The translations under genes and the position numbers were made by a program. The notes under the pieces were generated by a model that did not search any database, had not been told where the DNA came from, and saw only the letters and a program-made list of their open reading frames with translations. 64,000 nucleotides of DNA from Planctomycetota bacterium (GTDB lineage Bacteria; Planctomycetota; Brocadiia; JAADGH01): assembly GCA_040755855.1 (NCBI GenBank), contig JBFMAD010000003.1, forward strand, positions 192,001 through 256,000, in the 5' to 3' direction. Below are positions 29,369 to 37,637 of the stretch, in pieces. Position 1 is the first letter of the stretch; each line of letters opens with the position of its first letter.

Positions 29369-30658
29369 ATGAGGAAGAGCAAACTCTGGAAGCGGATTCA
29401 TTCGGAGATCGAGAAAATTTGGGTCATTGATTCGCACTCCCACCTGACCAGCGAGGAGAACTACTACAAGCAGAACCTCAGCGTCTTCAACATGGTCTCC
29501 TACTTCGGCCGCGACATCCAGTCCACCTCGACCGGACCACTCGCCGACACGCTGCCGACCGCCAAGACCGAGGAAGACAAGGTCGAGCGGTTCCTCGAAA
29601 TCGTCCGGCGAACCGAGGCCGTCTCCTACTTCCGCCACAACATAATCGCCTACCAGGACCTCTTCGGCCTCAAGGGCGACCTCACCCCGAAGAAGATAAA
29701 GAAACTGAACGCCGCGATCGCAAAAAAAACGAAAGACCCCAAGTGGTTCCGCAAGGTGATGAAAAAACTCTGCCGCATCGAAACCGGCCTCCTCAACGTC
29801 CCGCCCCTTGATCTGCGCTGGGACAAGGATTACGCCATCGCCGTCATGCGCATGGAACCCTTCCTGCCGTTCCTCCGCGCAGACAAACCGGAGATTGACA
29901 AACTGGCGCAGGAAGTGGACATGCCCATCGGCAAGGTTGCCGACTACACCGCCGCCCTCGCCAGGCTGATGCAGAAGGCCCGCGATCTGGGCGCGGTGGG
30001 CATCAAGCTGGCCCACGCCTACCAGCGCACGCTGGCCCACACAAGACCATCTGAGCAGGAGGCCGACGCCATCTTCCAGAAAGTGTTGCGGGGCGAGAGG
30101 CCGCCGGCCGGCGAGGAGAAGGCCCTACAGGACCACATCGTCTTCTTCCTCGCCGACGCCGCCGGGCAGATGGACCTCGTCTTCCAGATCCACACGGGGG
30201 TGCAGAACAACTGGGGCCACATCCCCGACTCCGACCCCCTGCACCTGCTCAATCTGCTGCGCGAGTTCCCCAAGACGCGGTTCGATATCTTCCACGCGGG
30301 CTATCCGTACTCGCGCGAGATGGGGATGCTCGGCAAGCATTACCCGAACGTCTGGGCCAACATGTGCTGGATGTACCCCATCACGATGGAGGGCAGCCGG
30401 CAGACGCTCGACGAGTGGATTGATCTTATCCCCGGCTATCGTATCCTCGGCTTCGGGTCGGACGTGCCGTATCCGGAGAATGTGTTTGCCCATCTCAAGA
30501 TGGCCCGCGCCTGCATCACGGATGTGCTGGCGAAGAAGGTGGAGCAGGACTTCATCACGGAGGACATCGCCGTCCGGCTGGCGAAGCAGATGCTTCGGAA
30601 CAACCTGATCGCCCTCTTCAAACTCGACGAGCGGTTCGGGATCAGGAAGATGGAGTAA
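29369..30658 (+). CDS. amidohydrolase-family metal-dependent enzyme (uronate isomerase-like)
   Basis: IDSHSH, QIHTG, FHAGYP, GFGSD. Confidence 0.8.
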   Translation: MRKSKLWKRIHSEIEKIWVIDSHSHLTSEENYYKQNLSVFNMVSYFGRDIQSTSTGPLADTLPTAKTEEDKVERFLEIVRRTEAVSYFRHNIIAYQDLFGLKGDLTPKKIKKLNAAIAKKTKDPKWFRKVMKKLCRIETGLLNVPPLDLRWDKDYAIAVMRMEPFLPFLRADKPEIDKLAQEVDMPIGKVADYTAALARLMQKARDLGAVGIKLAHAYQRTLAHTRPSEQEADAIFQKVLRGERPPAGEEKALQDHIVFFLADAAGQMDLVFQIHTGVQNNWGHIPDSDPLHLLNLLREFPKTRFDIFHAGYPYSREMGMLGKHYPNVWANMCWMYPITMEGSRQTLDEWIDLIPGYRILGFGSDVPYPENVFAHLKMARACITDVLAKKVEQDFITEDIAVRLAKQMLRNNLIALFKLDERFGIRKME

Positions 30659-30690
30659 GGCCGCAGCCCATCCGTCACAGTGTGGCACAC

Positions 30691-30755
30691 GTCATTCCCG
30701 CGAAAGCGCGAATCCACTCTTCGACTCTTTGACTCTTCGACTCTTCGACTCTTCG
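30691..30755. repeat. dRS3/REP-like hairpin followed by an 8-bp tandem repeat (ACTCTTCG)x5
   Basis: GTCATTCCCGCGAAAGCGCGAATCC at 30691-30715; five 8-mers at 30716-30755 (one variant). Confidence 0.75.
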
Positions 30756-30903
30756 ATTTCTTGTTACCCAAGCGTATTTCGTTCCGCAAAATGACCCTTT
30801 TCCCATACGCTTGCACATGTGCGCACAGCTCGATTTCGGGCCGGGGAATTGGCGTAAGAGCTGTCAGGAGAAGTGGATCGGACTCGCGCCCGCCGCGATC
30901 TGG

Positions 30904-30947
30904 CGATTAGTAGCCAACCGTATGGCCATACGCTTGGCTACTAATCG
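30904..30947. repeat. 44-bp near-perfect palindrome
   Basis: CGATTAGTAGCCAAcCGTATGG|CCATACGcTTGGCTACTAATCG, 21/22 pairs; extra half-site TTAGTAGCCAA at 31006-31016. Confidence 0.85.
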
Positions 30948-31189
30948 AGAAACCACCCTTTCCGGCCCGAATTCGGCCAGAAACGGCTTTTCGGCCCAAA
31001 TCCACTTAGTAGCCAAGTGTATGTCTACTCGTAAACGCGCCCCATTCGGTCTCTGGACGCATTTCACCATGCAGTTAACGAGGCAAATCGCTTTGGCGGC
31101 CACGAAACGGCCAACGGACGCAGATGCGGTGGTGCAGTTTTTCACTTTTGCGAAATTTCGGCCAAGACCTCCCCCGCGCGGCCGCGGGG

Positions 31190-31532
31190 TTCCGACCTCC
31201 GGGAGGTCGGTCCGGTCGGCAGCGGGTAATCCCGACGTCACTCTCGTTCCAAGCCTCTGCCTCGGAACGGACCATCCGTTCTCTCGTTCCGCGGCTCTGC
31301 CGCGGAACGAGCCGTCGGTCAGGCTCTGCCTGCCATCTTATCCCATTGTCCCTTCGGGACTTACGCCCCAGGTGTCCACGAAGTTGACAGTCCCCATCGG
31401 CTAAAGTGGTCATATCAGTGCGGGCGGGCTTGGGGGCGTAGGTGTCCACGAAGTTGACAGGTGCGGGTGTCCACGTCGTGGACAGTCCGGGGAGTCAGAC
31501 CTCCCGGAGGTCCTTGACCTCTGGGAGGTCGG
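31190..31532. repeat. cluster of REP-like palindromes and direct repeats
   Basis: GACCTCCnGGAGGTC-type x3; CTCTCGTTCC..CTCTGC..GGAACG x2 (31241, 31281); exact 21-bp direct repeat AGGTGTCCACGAAGTTGACAG at 31370 and 31440. Confidence 0.75.
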
Positions 31533-31697
31533 TGAATCTCGCCCCCCTTTCGCGGCGGCCGCGACCCGATCCGCATCGTGACGTTGGTGAAGTTGAGGAA
31601 CGACGGAGTATTGGCGTGCTGGAACATCCCGCCACCTGCACGTGCTACCAATGATTTCCGCATCCGAATTGCACGCGAACCTGGGACCAGAAAAGAC

Positions 31698-31726
31698 TTG
31701 AGCATAGGCGGCACATAGGTTAAAAT
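31698..31726 (+). promoter_or_regulatory. sigma70-type promoter for the sce7726-like gene
   Basis: TTGAGC-N17-TAAAAT, 60 bp upstream of the GTG. Confidence 0.45.
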
Positions 31727-31785
31727 TCTGGATGTAACGGGAACCTCTGAGGCGACAGAGTGTTTTACGCAAAGGGCTATTTGCG

Positions 31786-32397
31786 GTGACGGCAAAGTCC
31801 TCTCCCTCTGACGTGGACATCCGATCGGCGTTAGTACGCCGGCTGGCCGAGCAGTACGAGAAGGATCATGACACCGTCATCCTGGAAGAGGTCAGCATGG
31901 GATGTGGTGCGCCCCGGCTGGATGTTCTCGTCGTCAACGGTGTCTTGCACGGCTTTGAGCTGAAGAGCGACAGGGACACGCTTAAGCGCTTGCCGCGCCA
32001 GGCAAGTTTTTACAGTTGCGTTCTTGACCATATGACGCTGGTCGTGGGGCCACGTCACCTGGATAAAGCCGAGCGGGTTGTGCCAGATTGGTGGGGTATC
32101 ACTGTAGCTCAGGCCAACTCCTGCGCCGGTCTTTCGCTCTCCGAAGTCAGAGTGCCGCAAGCGAATCCCACTGCCGATGCCCTTGCCATTGCCCGGCTGT
32201 TATGGCGACAAGAGGCACTCACGCTTCTCGAAGAGAATGGCTTGGCCGATGGCGTCCGCTCCAAGTCAAGGGCGCACATCCATGCGCGGCTTGTCGAGTC
32301 GTGCGATATTGACTTGATCCGGCAGTACGTACGCCAGCAGTTCAGGACGCGAACAGATTGGAAATCTGACGTGCGACAAACGTCAGATGATGGTTGA
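31786..32397 (+). CDS. sce7726 family protein (PD-(D/E)xK nuclease-like)
   Basis: DIR.AL..EE..RLDVLVVNG.LHGFELKSDRDTL.RLP.Q..Y..VPDWWG..LLWR.E; adjacent to a Beta-family gene. Confidence 0.85.
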   Translation: MTAKSSPSDVDIRSALVRRLAEQYEKDHDTVILEEVSMGCGAPRLDVLVVNGVLHGFELKSDRDTLKRLPRQASFYSCVLDHMTLVVGPRHLDKAERVVPDWWGITVAQANSCAGLSLSEVRVPQANPTADALAIARLLWRQEALTLLEENGLADGVRSKSRAHIHARLVESCDIDLIRQYVRQQFRTRTDWKSDVRQTSDDG

Positions 32398-33385
32398 AGC
32401 CGGCGCGAAGCCAACTCGCGGCGTTCCCTGGACTCGTTTGTGGATTCTGTTTCTCCGCAATGTAGCGGTCACCAGCGCTGAAGTCTGGGCCGGAGTATTC
32501 CTCAGAGGCACAGAGAAGTACCGCGTTGCCGTGGTATTGATCGAAACCAGGACCATCCACATTGAAAACGCCCTCGCCTCGCATCACGATCCAGTGTTCA
32601 TCCGTGGTATAGCGAATACTCGCGCTGTAGTTGCAGGGCCCTTCGCGGGGGGCGTAACGCGGGTTCTGGATCGTATAGTCGCCGAAGGTCGGGATGCGCG
32701 GTAGCGAGGGCATGGTCAGAACTTGGTTCCGCCAGTTCAACCAGTCCGCTCGTGGTAGAATGTGTCGACGGTTTTTCTGGAGCCGCGATAGATCCGGAGG
32801 AAACGCACCGCAAGTAACGGAGAGAGTCTGCCATGTGTGTAGTCCAGGAATCCCTGAGCAGATGTTCCGAAGGTCAGGGGCACCGGCCTCCACAAGCCTG
32901 TAGTCCGCCACGAGGTGCGTATCCTGTTCTGAATGGCCAAGTCCATCAAGAAGTCGTGTTAGTGCAGACCGCAACTGGCTGCGCTGCGTGTCTTCACGCT
33001 GCAAGCGGATGCAGACACCCCGTCCACACATATCCGCAACAGTACGGACGGCAGACTGATACTCTGGCGTTCTATCAAGCCCTGTAACAGGTATAAGGCA
33101 CAAATTGCGGCGAAGCGCCTCCTCAGCGAGTCGGCGAATTCGTGTTGAGGCGTGGGTCGGTACGCGAGGGTCGTCAAGAAGCCCGTATTCTGCAAAGAAA
33201 GGCCCATGCCCCCAACTTCTTAATATCTGGTCTGCCATCTTTTCGCATGGCGAGCCAAAGCTCTGAGGCACAAACTCCAAGAGCGGGGGGATTCTCGCTC
33301 TTTCTGCGTTGGCGAGATCTCGTAGAGCCAACCATTCGGCTTGTTTCCATCGTAGTACGGGAACATAGTGTCTGTGGTCAAACAT
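32342..33385 (-). CDS. Beta family protein (phage P4 beta / sce7725-like)
   Basis: YVPVLRWKQAE..AL start, IPVTG, FGDYTI, SIRYT, FSAGD.YI, GNA..W..G.NHHL end. Confidence 0.85.
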   Translation of the reverse strand: MFDHRHYVPVLRWKQAEWLALRDLANAERARIPPLLEFVPQSFGSPCEKMADQILRSWGHGPFFAEYGLLDDPRVPTHASTRIRRLAEEALRRNLCLIPVTGLDRTPEYQSAVRTVADMCGRGVCIRLQREDTQRSQLRSALTRLLDGLGHSEQDTHLVADYRLVEAGAPDLRNICSGIPGLHTWQTLSVTCGAFPPDLSRLQKNRRHILPRADWLNWRNQVLTMPSLPRIPTFGDYTIQNPRYAPREGPCNYSASIRYTTDEHWIVMRGEGVFNVDGPGFDQYHGNAVLLCASEEYSGPDFSAGDRYIAEKQNPQTSPGNAASWLRAGFNHHLTFVARQISNLFAS

Positions 33386-33410
33386 GACTTTCCCCAGAGA
33401 CTTGCCTAAC

Positions 33411-34604
33411 TTACTCTAAGAGTTTCCTTACCTTCCCGTGACCCACCAAGTGGGTCAGTATCCTGTACGAGCCAAAATGGTGGCGCATGCGACCGGCCAC
33501 GATAGCGACATGAATCCCGAGGCGATTTGCCAAGTATTCGGCTGCTTCTGGTGCCCGCAATCGCTTAGCAGGGCCCTTCTCCCATTCCTCTTCGGGAATC
33601 AACGCTTCGCCTGCGAGTGCGTCTGCCGCCGCTTCAAGGGGATCATCCGTCTCCTCCAATTCGAGATCATCGTAGAACCCCTGAGCCATATTTTCAAAGT
33701 GCAGAGCACTATGCGCCAACTCATGCATGAGTGAAAACCAGAAGTTGTCCAGACGATCATGCCTGAGTGTCAGTCCAACGATAGGTATTTTCTTTTCCGA
33801 CAGCACGGCAGCGCCATCCAGATACGTGCGGGGCAGGTGCCGTTCGGTAACTAACGAAATGCCATGCGCCTTAAGAAAATCCCGAGCAAGAAGCGGCCCT
33901 TCCTCTTTCGGGCTAAGTTGCGCAAGTTCCCGCATGAACTCCAGCGTTACGGTACCAGGAGCATACTGCACATGCGGCGGGTCCTTCTGCGCCAAAGCAA
34001 TGATACGCGCTGTCCAGGCAAGCAACGCGTATTGATCCATTGGGCGAGCCGAGCGAACATGTTCGCCGGTTCGGTATAAGGCAGCGAGACCGCCCTGTGG
34101 TGTGAGTGGGTCGAACAAAGCTTGCACTATCTCCCGTGCGTGCTCATGCAAATTCGCGTAATTCACCCTAACCCAGTTTCTGTTGACAATCGCACGAACA
34201 GGAAAGCGGTCCCACTCGATCGCTTCCGAGGAAAGATGCCCCTCTGGCTGCTCCTGCAACAACACCCTTGCTGGAATCCCCAAATGGGTATGAAGAGCGC
34301 GTATCATTGGGAGCGTTAGGGAACGCTTGCGTGAAAGCACCTCCGAAACTTTACTTCGGGTTCCGATATATGGCATCAAGTCGCGCTGCGTCAAGTTCTG
34401 CTGCTCCATGCGGAACTGAATGGCATCAACAGGATCGGGAAGAGCGTGTTCGCACTTGCTGTGCTCATAGTCCCGGACCAAAACGGTCAGGACCTCCAAC
34501 TCATCCGCTTCCGTTGTCCCGGGATCGGGGTCCAAGTCCATGAGTGCATCAATCGCAGCAAGGGCGGCTTCGTAGTCTGACTCGGTCTTGATTGCCTTAA
34601 TCAT
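33411..34604 (-). CDS. higA: HigA-type HTH antitoxin fused to an ImmA/IrrE (M78) Zn metallopeptidase
   Basis: IKT..DYEAAL..I..L..LEVL..LV..YE..PDP.DAI.FRMEQ..SKVSEVL.RKR.LT (HigA); LR.DRLDNFWF.L.HELAH (HExxH), E..AD..A. Confidence 0.88.
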   Translation of the reverse strand: MIKAIKTESDYEAALAAIDALMDLDPDPGTTEADELEVLTVLVRDYEHSKCEHALPDPVDAIQFRMEQQNLTQRDLMPYIGTRSKVSEVLSRKRSLTLPMIRALHTHLGIPARVLLQEQPEGHLSSEAIEWDRFPVRAIVNRNWVRVNYANLHEHAREIVQALFDPLTPQGGLAALYRTGEHVRSARPMDQYALLAWTARIIALAQKDPPHVQYAPGTVTLEFMRELAQLSPKEEGPLLARDFLKAHGISLVTERHLPRTYLDGAAVLSEKKIPIVGLTLRHDRLDNFWFSLMHELAHSALHFENMAQGFYDDLELEETDDPLEAAADALAGEALIPEEEWEKGPAKRLRAPEAAEYLANRLGIHVAIVAGRMRHHFGSYRILTHLVGHGKVRKLLE

Positions 34605-34608
34605 AGGT

Positions 34609-34902
34609 CTATTCTCCCTCGAGTTCCCATGAATCATATTCGGCATGGGTTCCAATTTGGAGAATACGCACAATCTGGTTCTTGTATGACACCCTAACCA
34701 ATAGTCTGTAATCGTTGCCCTTTATGTTGAACACCACCCGTCTATCACTGAGGAAACTGGCGCTGGCATGCTTGGCCTTGATGTCATGTGGCGTTCGCCA
34801 CGCAGCGTCTTCGGCTTCAGCTAACCACGCGTCGACCTGTGATCGAGCGTCAGCATGCTTCCGCTTGAATCTATCCAGCTCAAGTGTCCCCACTACTTTC
34901 AT
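34609..34902 (-). CDS. higB: HigB family toxin (RelE-superfamily mRNA interferase)
   Basis: W..E...A.W.TP.DIK....AS....RVVFNIKGN.YRL......IGTHAEYD; toxin-first gene order. Confidence 0.92.
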   Translation of the reverse strand: MKVVGTLELDRFKRKHADARSQVDAWLAEAEDAAWRTPHDIKAKHASASFLSDRRVVFNIKGNDYRLLVRVSYKNQIVRILQIGTHAEYDSWELEGE

Positions 34903-34957
34903 TCGATTTCCGCCAGTAGAGCGTGTATTCCCACACCGGGACGATCTCCTATAAATA

Positions 34958-35005
34958 ATGTTCCCCATCTGGGAACATAATATCACAAGTCTGGCATCTT
35001 GGCAA
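34958..35005 (-). promoter_or_regulatory. higBA promoter with overlapping operator palindrome
   Basis: TTGCCA-N17-TATTAT on the minus strand; ATGTTCCC-N5-GGGAACAT (34958-34978) overlaps the -10/TSS; degenerate second copy near 34928-34942. Confidence 0.7.
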
Positions 35006-35046
35006 GTAAAAAATTCAGAAAAAAAGAGAAAAATGCCCGGTTCTCA

Positions 35047-36195
35047 TCAGTTCACGAAAAGACACGTCTTCAGCCGCTCTTCCGGCGCGCCGAGGGGAGG
35101 GAGGCGGCGGAGGATGCGGGAGCGGAGGTCGGAGGCCGTGGCCTGACGGGGGAGGTCGAGCCGACTCTGAAGCTCGAGGACGGAGAGGTCCGGCTCGAAC
35201 ATCAGAACCACCGCCGCCGCGAACCAGAGCGTGAGGGGGAGCCGCGACCGCGCCATGACCGTGCCCCAGAGGACGGTCATCTGCCCGCCGCACCGTCCGC
35301 ACCGCCACAGGCGGCGGTCGTCCTCCCACCGCATGGGCTTCTTCCGGCAGCGGGGACAGGCGGGGCCGTCGCCGCGCTCGCGGTGGGCGAGGATGTGCTC
35401 GATGCAGTCCTCCTCGCGGCTGAAGCGCTGGAGGAGTGCGTCGCGGGTTCGAGCATCCACGGCGGGCAGGGCCGTGGCGGGCAGGATGGGGGGACCGATG
35501 CGGGCCTGTGCGTCGCGGTAGGCGCGCAGCTCCATGAGGCGGCGCTGGACATCGAGGAAGCCGCGCTCGTGGGTGCGGCGGTAGCGAGTAATGAGGGCCA
35601 GACGGTCGTCGCCGGCGGCCCGGGCGTGGAGGAAGTCGGGGGTGATGGCCTTTTCCGAAATGAACGCGTCGCAGCGGATGCGGACGCCGATGATGTGGCG
35701 GAAGTGTCCGATCTCGGCCTGTGCGCAGAGGTGGAGGAAGCAGGCGTGGCGCCAGAGGTCGCGGACGAGCAGGTCTTCCGTCGGTCCGGTGGGCTGGTAT
35801 TCGGCGCGGAGCTGATCGAGGAGGGCGTTCAGGGCGACGTATCCGCGGCGATCGACGGCGAGGACCTCGGTGGTGAGGCCGTGGGTGCGGGCGTTCTTTG
35901 ACGGCGGGGTGGGTGTGCTCCTTTGGACGAGCTGGTGGTAGTGGTCCATGCACAAGGCGGCCATCTCGCGATCATGGTCCTTCGCCCTCTTTTTTCTGCA
36001 TCGTTCCATTTCTTCGGCCTCGCCGGGCCGTGGTTCCGGCATCGGGTTGTCGCGGCGTGAGTTGACCCGGTAGCTCGCCTTTGTGCGGACGAGGCGGCGG
36101 TAGTATTCATGGGCCTCTGCGGTCTTTCGCTCTTTTTCGGCCTGCATGGAGCGGGCGACGATGGGGTTGCCTTCGTGGCGTGAATGCCTGTTCAT
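35047..36195 (-). CDS. chimeric protein: NAxxHGL-type helical domain plus IS1595-transposase-like Zn ribbon/HTH, no DDE domain
   Basis: SKNARTHGL..EYQP.GPTEDLLV..RY...ER; then F..EEDC..CPRC..WRC..C..GTVM..SRLPL..WF..LQ..L...TA; SD GAAGGAG. Confidence 0.7.
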   Translation of the reverse strand: MNRHSRHEGNPIVARSMQAEKERKTAEAHEYYRRLVRTKASYRVNSRRDNPMPEPRPGEAEEMERCRKKRAKDHDREMAALCMDHYHQLVQRSTPTPPSKNARTHGLTTEVLAVDRRGYVALNALLDQLRAEYQPTGPTEDLLVRDLWRHACFLHLCAQAEIGHFRHIIGVRIRCDAFISEKAITPDFLHARAAGDDRLALITRYRRTHERGFLDVQRRLMELRAYRDAQARIGPPILPATALPAVDARTRDALLQRFSREEDCIEHILAHRERGDGPACPRCRKKPMRWEDDRRLWRCGRCGGQMTVLWGTVMARSRLPLTLWFAAAVVLMFEPDLSVLELQSRLDLPRQATASDLRSRILRRLPPLGAPEERLKTCLFVN

Positions 36196-36262
36196 TGGTT
36201 CTCCTTCCCGCGGGGCTACGGGGCTGTGGATGGCGTAGAATCAGTTAGTACACTTATAGCTA

Positions 36263-36291
36263 ATTATACCATACGCGGGGTATGTTGTCAA
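36263..36291 (-). promoter_or_regulatory. perfect-consensus sigma70 promoter with a palindrome in the spacer
   Basis: TTGACA-N17-TATAAT with TGn extension; CATAC-N5-GTATG at 36270-36284. Confidence 0.75.
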
Positions 36292-36325
36292 GTGTTTTTG
36301 CGATTTTGCGGTTGGGGGAAGGCGA

Positions 36326-36365
36326 GGGAGTGTGGGCGTATGGGCGTATGGGAGTGTGGGAGTGG
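36326..36365. repeat. degenerate 8-bp tandem repeat (GGG[AC]GT[GA]T)x5
   Basis: gggagtgt gggcgtat gggcgtat gggagtgt gggagtgg. Confidence 0.7.
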
Positions 36366-36375
36366 GAAATTGGGG

Positions 36376-37458
36376 TTAGTAGGTTCCGAGCCGCAAGCCC
36401 TCGTCAACGAAAAATCGGTAGGTCGCGTATTCCGTCGTGGTGGGGATGGAGTGGTCGGAGTGGAGGATGTAGCCGTAGTTTTCTTTCACGATAGGAATTT
36501 TTTCGTTCAGCTCGCGGCGGATGGCGGCGATGTCGTTGGCGACGAGGTTGCGCGCGTCCATGCCGCCGCAGAGGGAGATGCGGTCGCCGAAATTCTTTTT
36601 GATGCGCAGGGGGTCCATGCCGGCCTTGACCTCGATGACCTGGAGGCAGTCCATCCCCGCCTCGATGAGGCCGGGGACGAGCGGCTCGACGAAGCCGCAT
36701 GAATGGACCAGGACCTGCAGGCCGAGGGAGTGGCAGTAGTCGAAGGTCTTCCTGTGTCCCGGCTGGACGATCTCCTTGTACATCGCGGGCGACATGAAGG
36801 GGCGGTTCTTGAACCCCATGTCCTCGTAGAACCAGATGCCGTCGGGCTTGCCCTCCTCGGCGAAGACGATTTCCATGAGCGCGATGAGCAGGTCGGCATA
36901 GGTATTGACCATGTCCCTCACCCAGTCGGGATCGAGGGCCATGCCCATGAGCATATACTCGTGTCCGCAGACGGGGTGCATCAACTCGAAGACGTTCACG
37001 CCGCCCCAGAAGAAGAACCGGTTCTTGTTGTGCGCGTTGGTCTTGGCGTTGCGGTAGTCCTCGAATTTGATGCGGCGGCGTTCGGGGGTGAGTTTGGGCT
37101 TGATGAGCGCTTCCCACGCCTTGCGCTCCTTGACGGCGAAGTCCACGTGCTCGGGCGTGGCGTCGTGGAGTTTGTGTCGGCGGAGGAGTGCGCCGTTGCC
37201 GTCGCGGGTGAGGCGGGTCTCGGCGGTTTCCTCGACGACGACGGGGACGAAGTCCAGGTCGGCGACCATCTGGAACGGCCAGCATGTGGCGCAGTCGAAG
37301 CCGAAGTGCGTGGCGAGGTCCTCGTTCTGGGCGACGTGCCCCTGCTCGCGCCATTTCTTGACGGTATCGCCCCAGAAGTGCTCGAAGAGGCCGATGCGGT
37401 CCACGGGTTTGCGTTTGAGTATGTTGGCGATCCGTTCGATGCCGGTGAGTTCGGACAT
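36376..37458 (-). CDS. uroporphyrinogen decarboxylase (URO-D/MtaA) family protein
   Basis: ER....L..KPVDRI, EDMG....FMSP, HSCG, GYILHSDHSIP. Confidence 0.85.
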   Translation of the reverse strand: MSELTGIERIANILKRKPVDRIGLFEHFWGDTVKKWREQGHVAQNEDLATHFGFDCATCWPFQMVADLDFVPVVVEETAETRLTRDGNGALLRRHKLHDATPEHVDFAVKERKAWEALIKPKLTPERRRIKFEDYRNAKTNAHNKNRFFFWGGVNVFELMHPVCGHEYMLMGMALDPDWVRDMVNTYADLLIALMEIVFAEEGKPDGIWFYEDMGFKNRPFMSPAMYKEIVQPGHRKTFDYCHSLGLQVLVHSCGFVEPLVPGLIEAGMDCLQVIEVKAGMDPLRIKKNFGDRISLCGGMDARNLVANDIAAIRRELNEKIPIVKENYGYILHSDHSIPTTTEYATYRFFVDEGLRLGTY

Positions 37459-37637
37459 TGTTGGCGACTCCACGTATTGGTTTTCGATTCCGGTACGGGG
37501 TCAGACTATACCGGATTTGGATGGAAAAGTCCACAGGTCTGTTGGAAATCTGAATTGCAGTTGACATTCCCACGTTCCGTCAACTACACTGACATTCATG
37601 TCATTCCTTAAGGCGCAGTCGTTAAGGGGAAGAGAAG

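Noticed and set aside
31370..31485. 21-bp direct repeats as a mini CRISPR array
   Set aside because: Only two exact copies plus one degenerate copy, unequal spacers (49 and about 5 bp), and no cas genes or leader.
30811..31820. ORFs of 120-200 aa in the repeat-rich intergenic region
   Set aside because: They translate palindromes and repeats, have no SD, and show no domain signal.
35047..35450. Intact IS1595 element
   Set aside because: No DDE domain, terminal inverted repeats or target duplication were found around the Zn-ribbon/HTH segment.
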